Below the pieces are notes generated by a model. The model did no database searches and was not told the origin of the DNA. It worked only from the letters and a program-made list of their open reading frames with translations. 64,000 bases of DNA. It comes from Raillietiella orientalis (Eukaryota). Both the position numbers and the translations under genes were made by a program. The DNA lies in contig JAYWIR010000037.1 in NCBI GenBank assembly GCA_036172245.1, positions 992,001 through 1,056,000 of the forward strand. The letters run 5' to 3'. Every line of letters begins with the position of its first letter. The first letter of the stretch is position 1. Positions 62,761 through 64,000 of this stretch are shown here, piece by piece.

Positions 62761-64000
62761 ACCACACTGCAGTGGACGAATTTATTTATTTTATTTGTTG
62801 CCTCCCATCCTCCCTCAGCGAGCCTCTTGACCGTGCGGCAGTCGGCAGCCCGTCCACATTCTACTTCGAAGCCATAGAGCTGCCCACTGACTTGTTTGTT
62901 GATGTACACATTTGTTGTTTGCCTAAATGAACGATTTGTGTGACCAAATGACGACGAAGAAAAGCAAACTCTGTGTCTTTTCTTTCTCCCCTCCCTCCGC
63001 GAGGATAGCCCGAGGAGGAAAAGGAGTCTTCTCTCACAGAGACGCTCTTCTTCCCTGTGCCTTTTGGCTCTGCGCAGGGAGTCGAGCGAGGTCCTCTTTC
63101 CCTTCACTCTCAGGGAGCGATCCTGATGCCCTCGTCGATCGGAACCTCAATCGTTAGGATCGAGCAGACTTCTGCTGCTGCCAATGCCCTGCTCACAGAT
63201 ACACCTGGGTCAATCCCGGGGTTACAGAATCTAGCAGCGATCCGGGTTCCCCGTGGAAACCTTGCTGCTGGTTACTTGAGGGATTTTTCCCCTCTCTTTC
63301 GAGATCACTTGCAAACTCGCTGCGCGCCGGCGGAACCTCACTCTTCGCCATCCTCCTCGGAACAATCCCTAATCACTTCCGCTCCTCCCGCCATCCAATG
63401 ATACCTCGCTCTCCTGTCTCCCCAGCTGCACCACAGCCCTCCGCCACAATACTTCAAGTTCAGCTCCACAAAGCAAGGCAGGGGTTGCCGATGGGCGATC
63501 TTTCATCTCCGACACCAATTAAATCATCACCGTGAATTGTCCATCCCGCCTTGGTGCTGCCCGAACTCAGAGAGGACGTCATGCTTGTTCCGATGGATGC
63601 AGAGGGGACGTTTAGTAGTGGGTGGTTGAGGGGGGAGTAAAGGGCGTCAGAGAAAAAAGTCAGCTGGCACCAGATGGCATCCGTGGGCAGAACATCACGG
63701 AGTAGGTCCACGACAGAAGGAGCTTCGTAGAGGAACGTGTCATGGGATGAATTCTTGTCGCTTCGCTCCCGGCTAAGGCACGAAGTTACTCCTTGAGAGA
63801 GAAGCCTGACTCAGGACCCTGGCACTACCGTCCGTTCCTGATTTCGATCCGAAGCTGTAGCGGGGGCGCTAGAGCTGGTACGTACCCGCTGCCACAGATC
63901 TTTAACAGAAAGAGAGGGCGATGAGCATCCGTGAGAGGCGCTCGTGTCAGGACTTCGGGTGCGTTAGCGCTCTGGAGGCTCCGACGGGGCGACAGCACCC

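Overview
Eukaryotic, non-bacterial genomic DNA, probably from an invertebrate animal (inferred from long homopolymer A/T tracts, GT-AG intron-like signals and LINE, SINE, Ty3-gypsy and pogo remnants). I found no intact, recognisable host protein-coding gene, rRNA, tRNA or CRISPR array. CpG-rich islands (about 0.7-8, 11.5-15.3, 27-27.6, 36.7-37.2, 40.4-43.6 and 59.6-60.4 kb) alternate with blocks of very old, heavily substituted transposon fragments. These fragments include I-group-like LINE ORF2 pieces (APE endonuclease, RT, RNase H, C-terminus), Ty3/gypsy pieces (gag knuckle, protease, RT, RNase H, integrase) and a pogo-like N-terminus. All relic calls come from manual matching of ordered motifs in translation, not from HMM searches, and should be verified. 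Three structures are directly visible. (1) Five copies of a ~0.6-0.75 kb tRNA-headed, poly(A)-tailed SINE-like family. (2) Two long inverted repeats with 275 and 389 bp arms and 1.83 and 1.72 kb spacers; their cores are nearly or fully identical while the edges decay, and each appears to enclose a convergent pair of APE-like relics. A possible third, eroded pair has similar geometry. (3) A 57-58 bp minisatellite.
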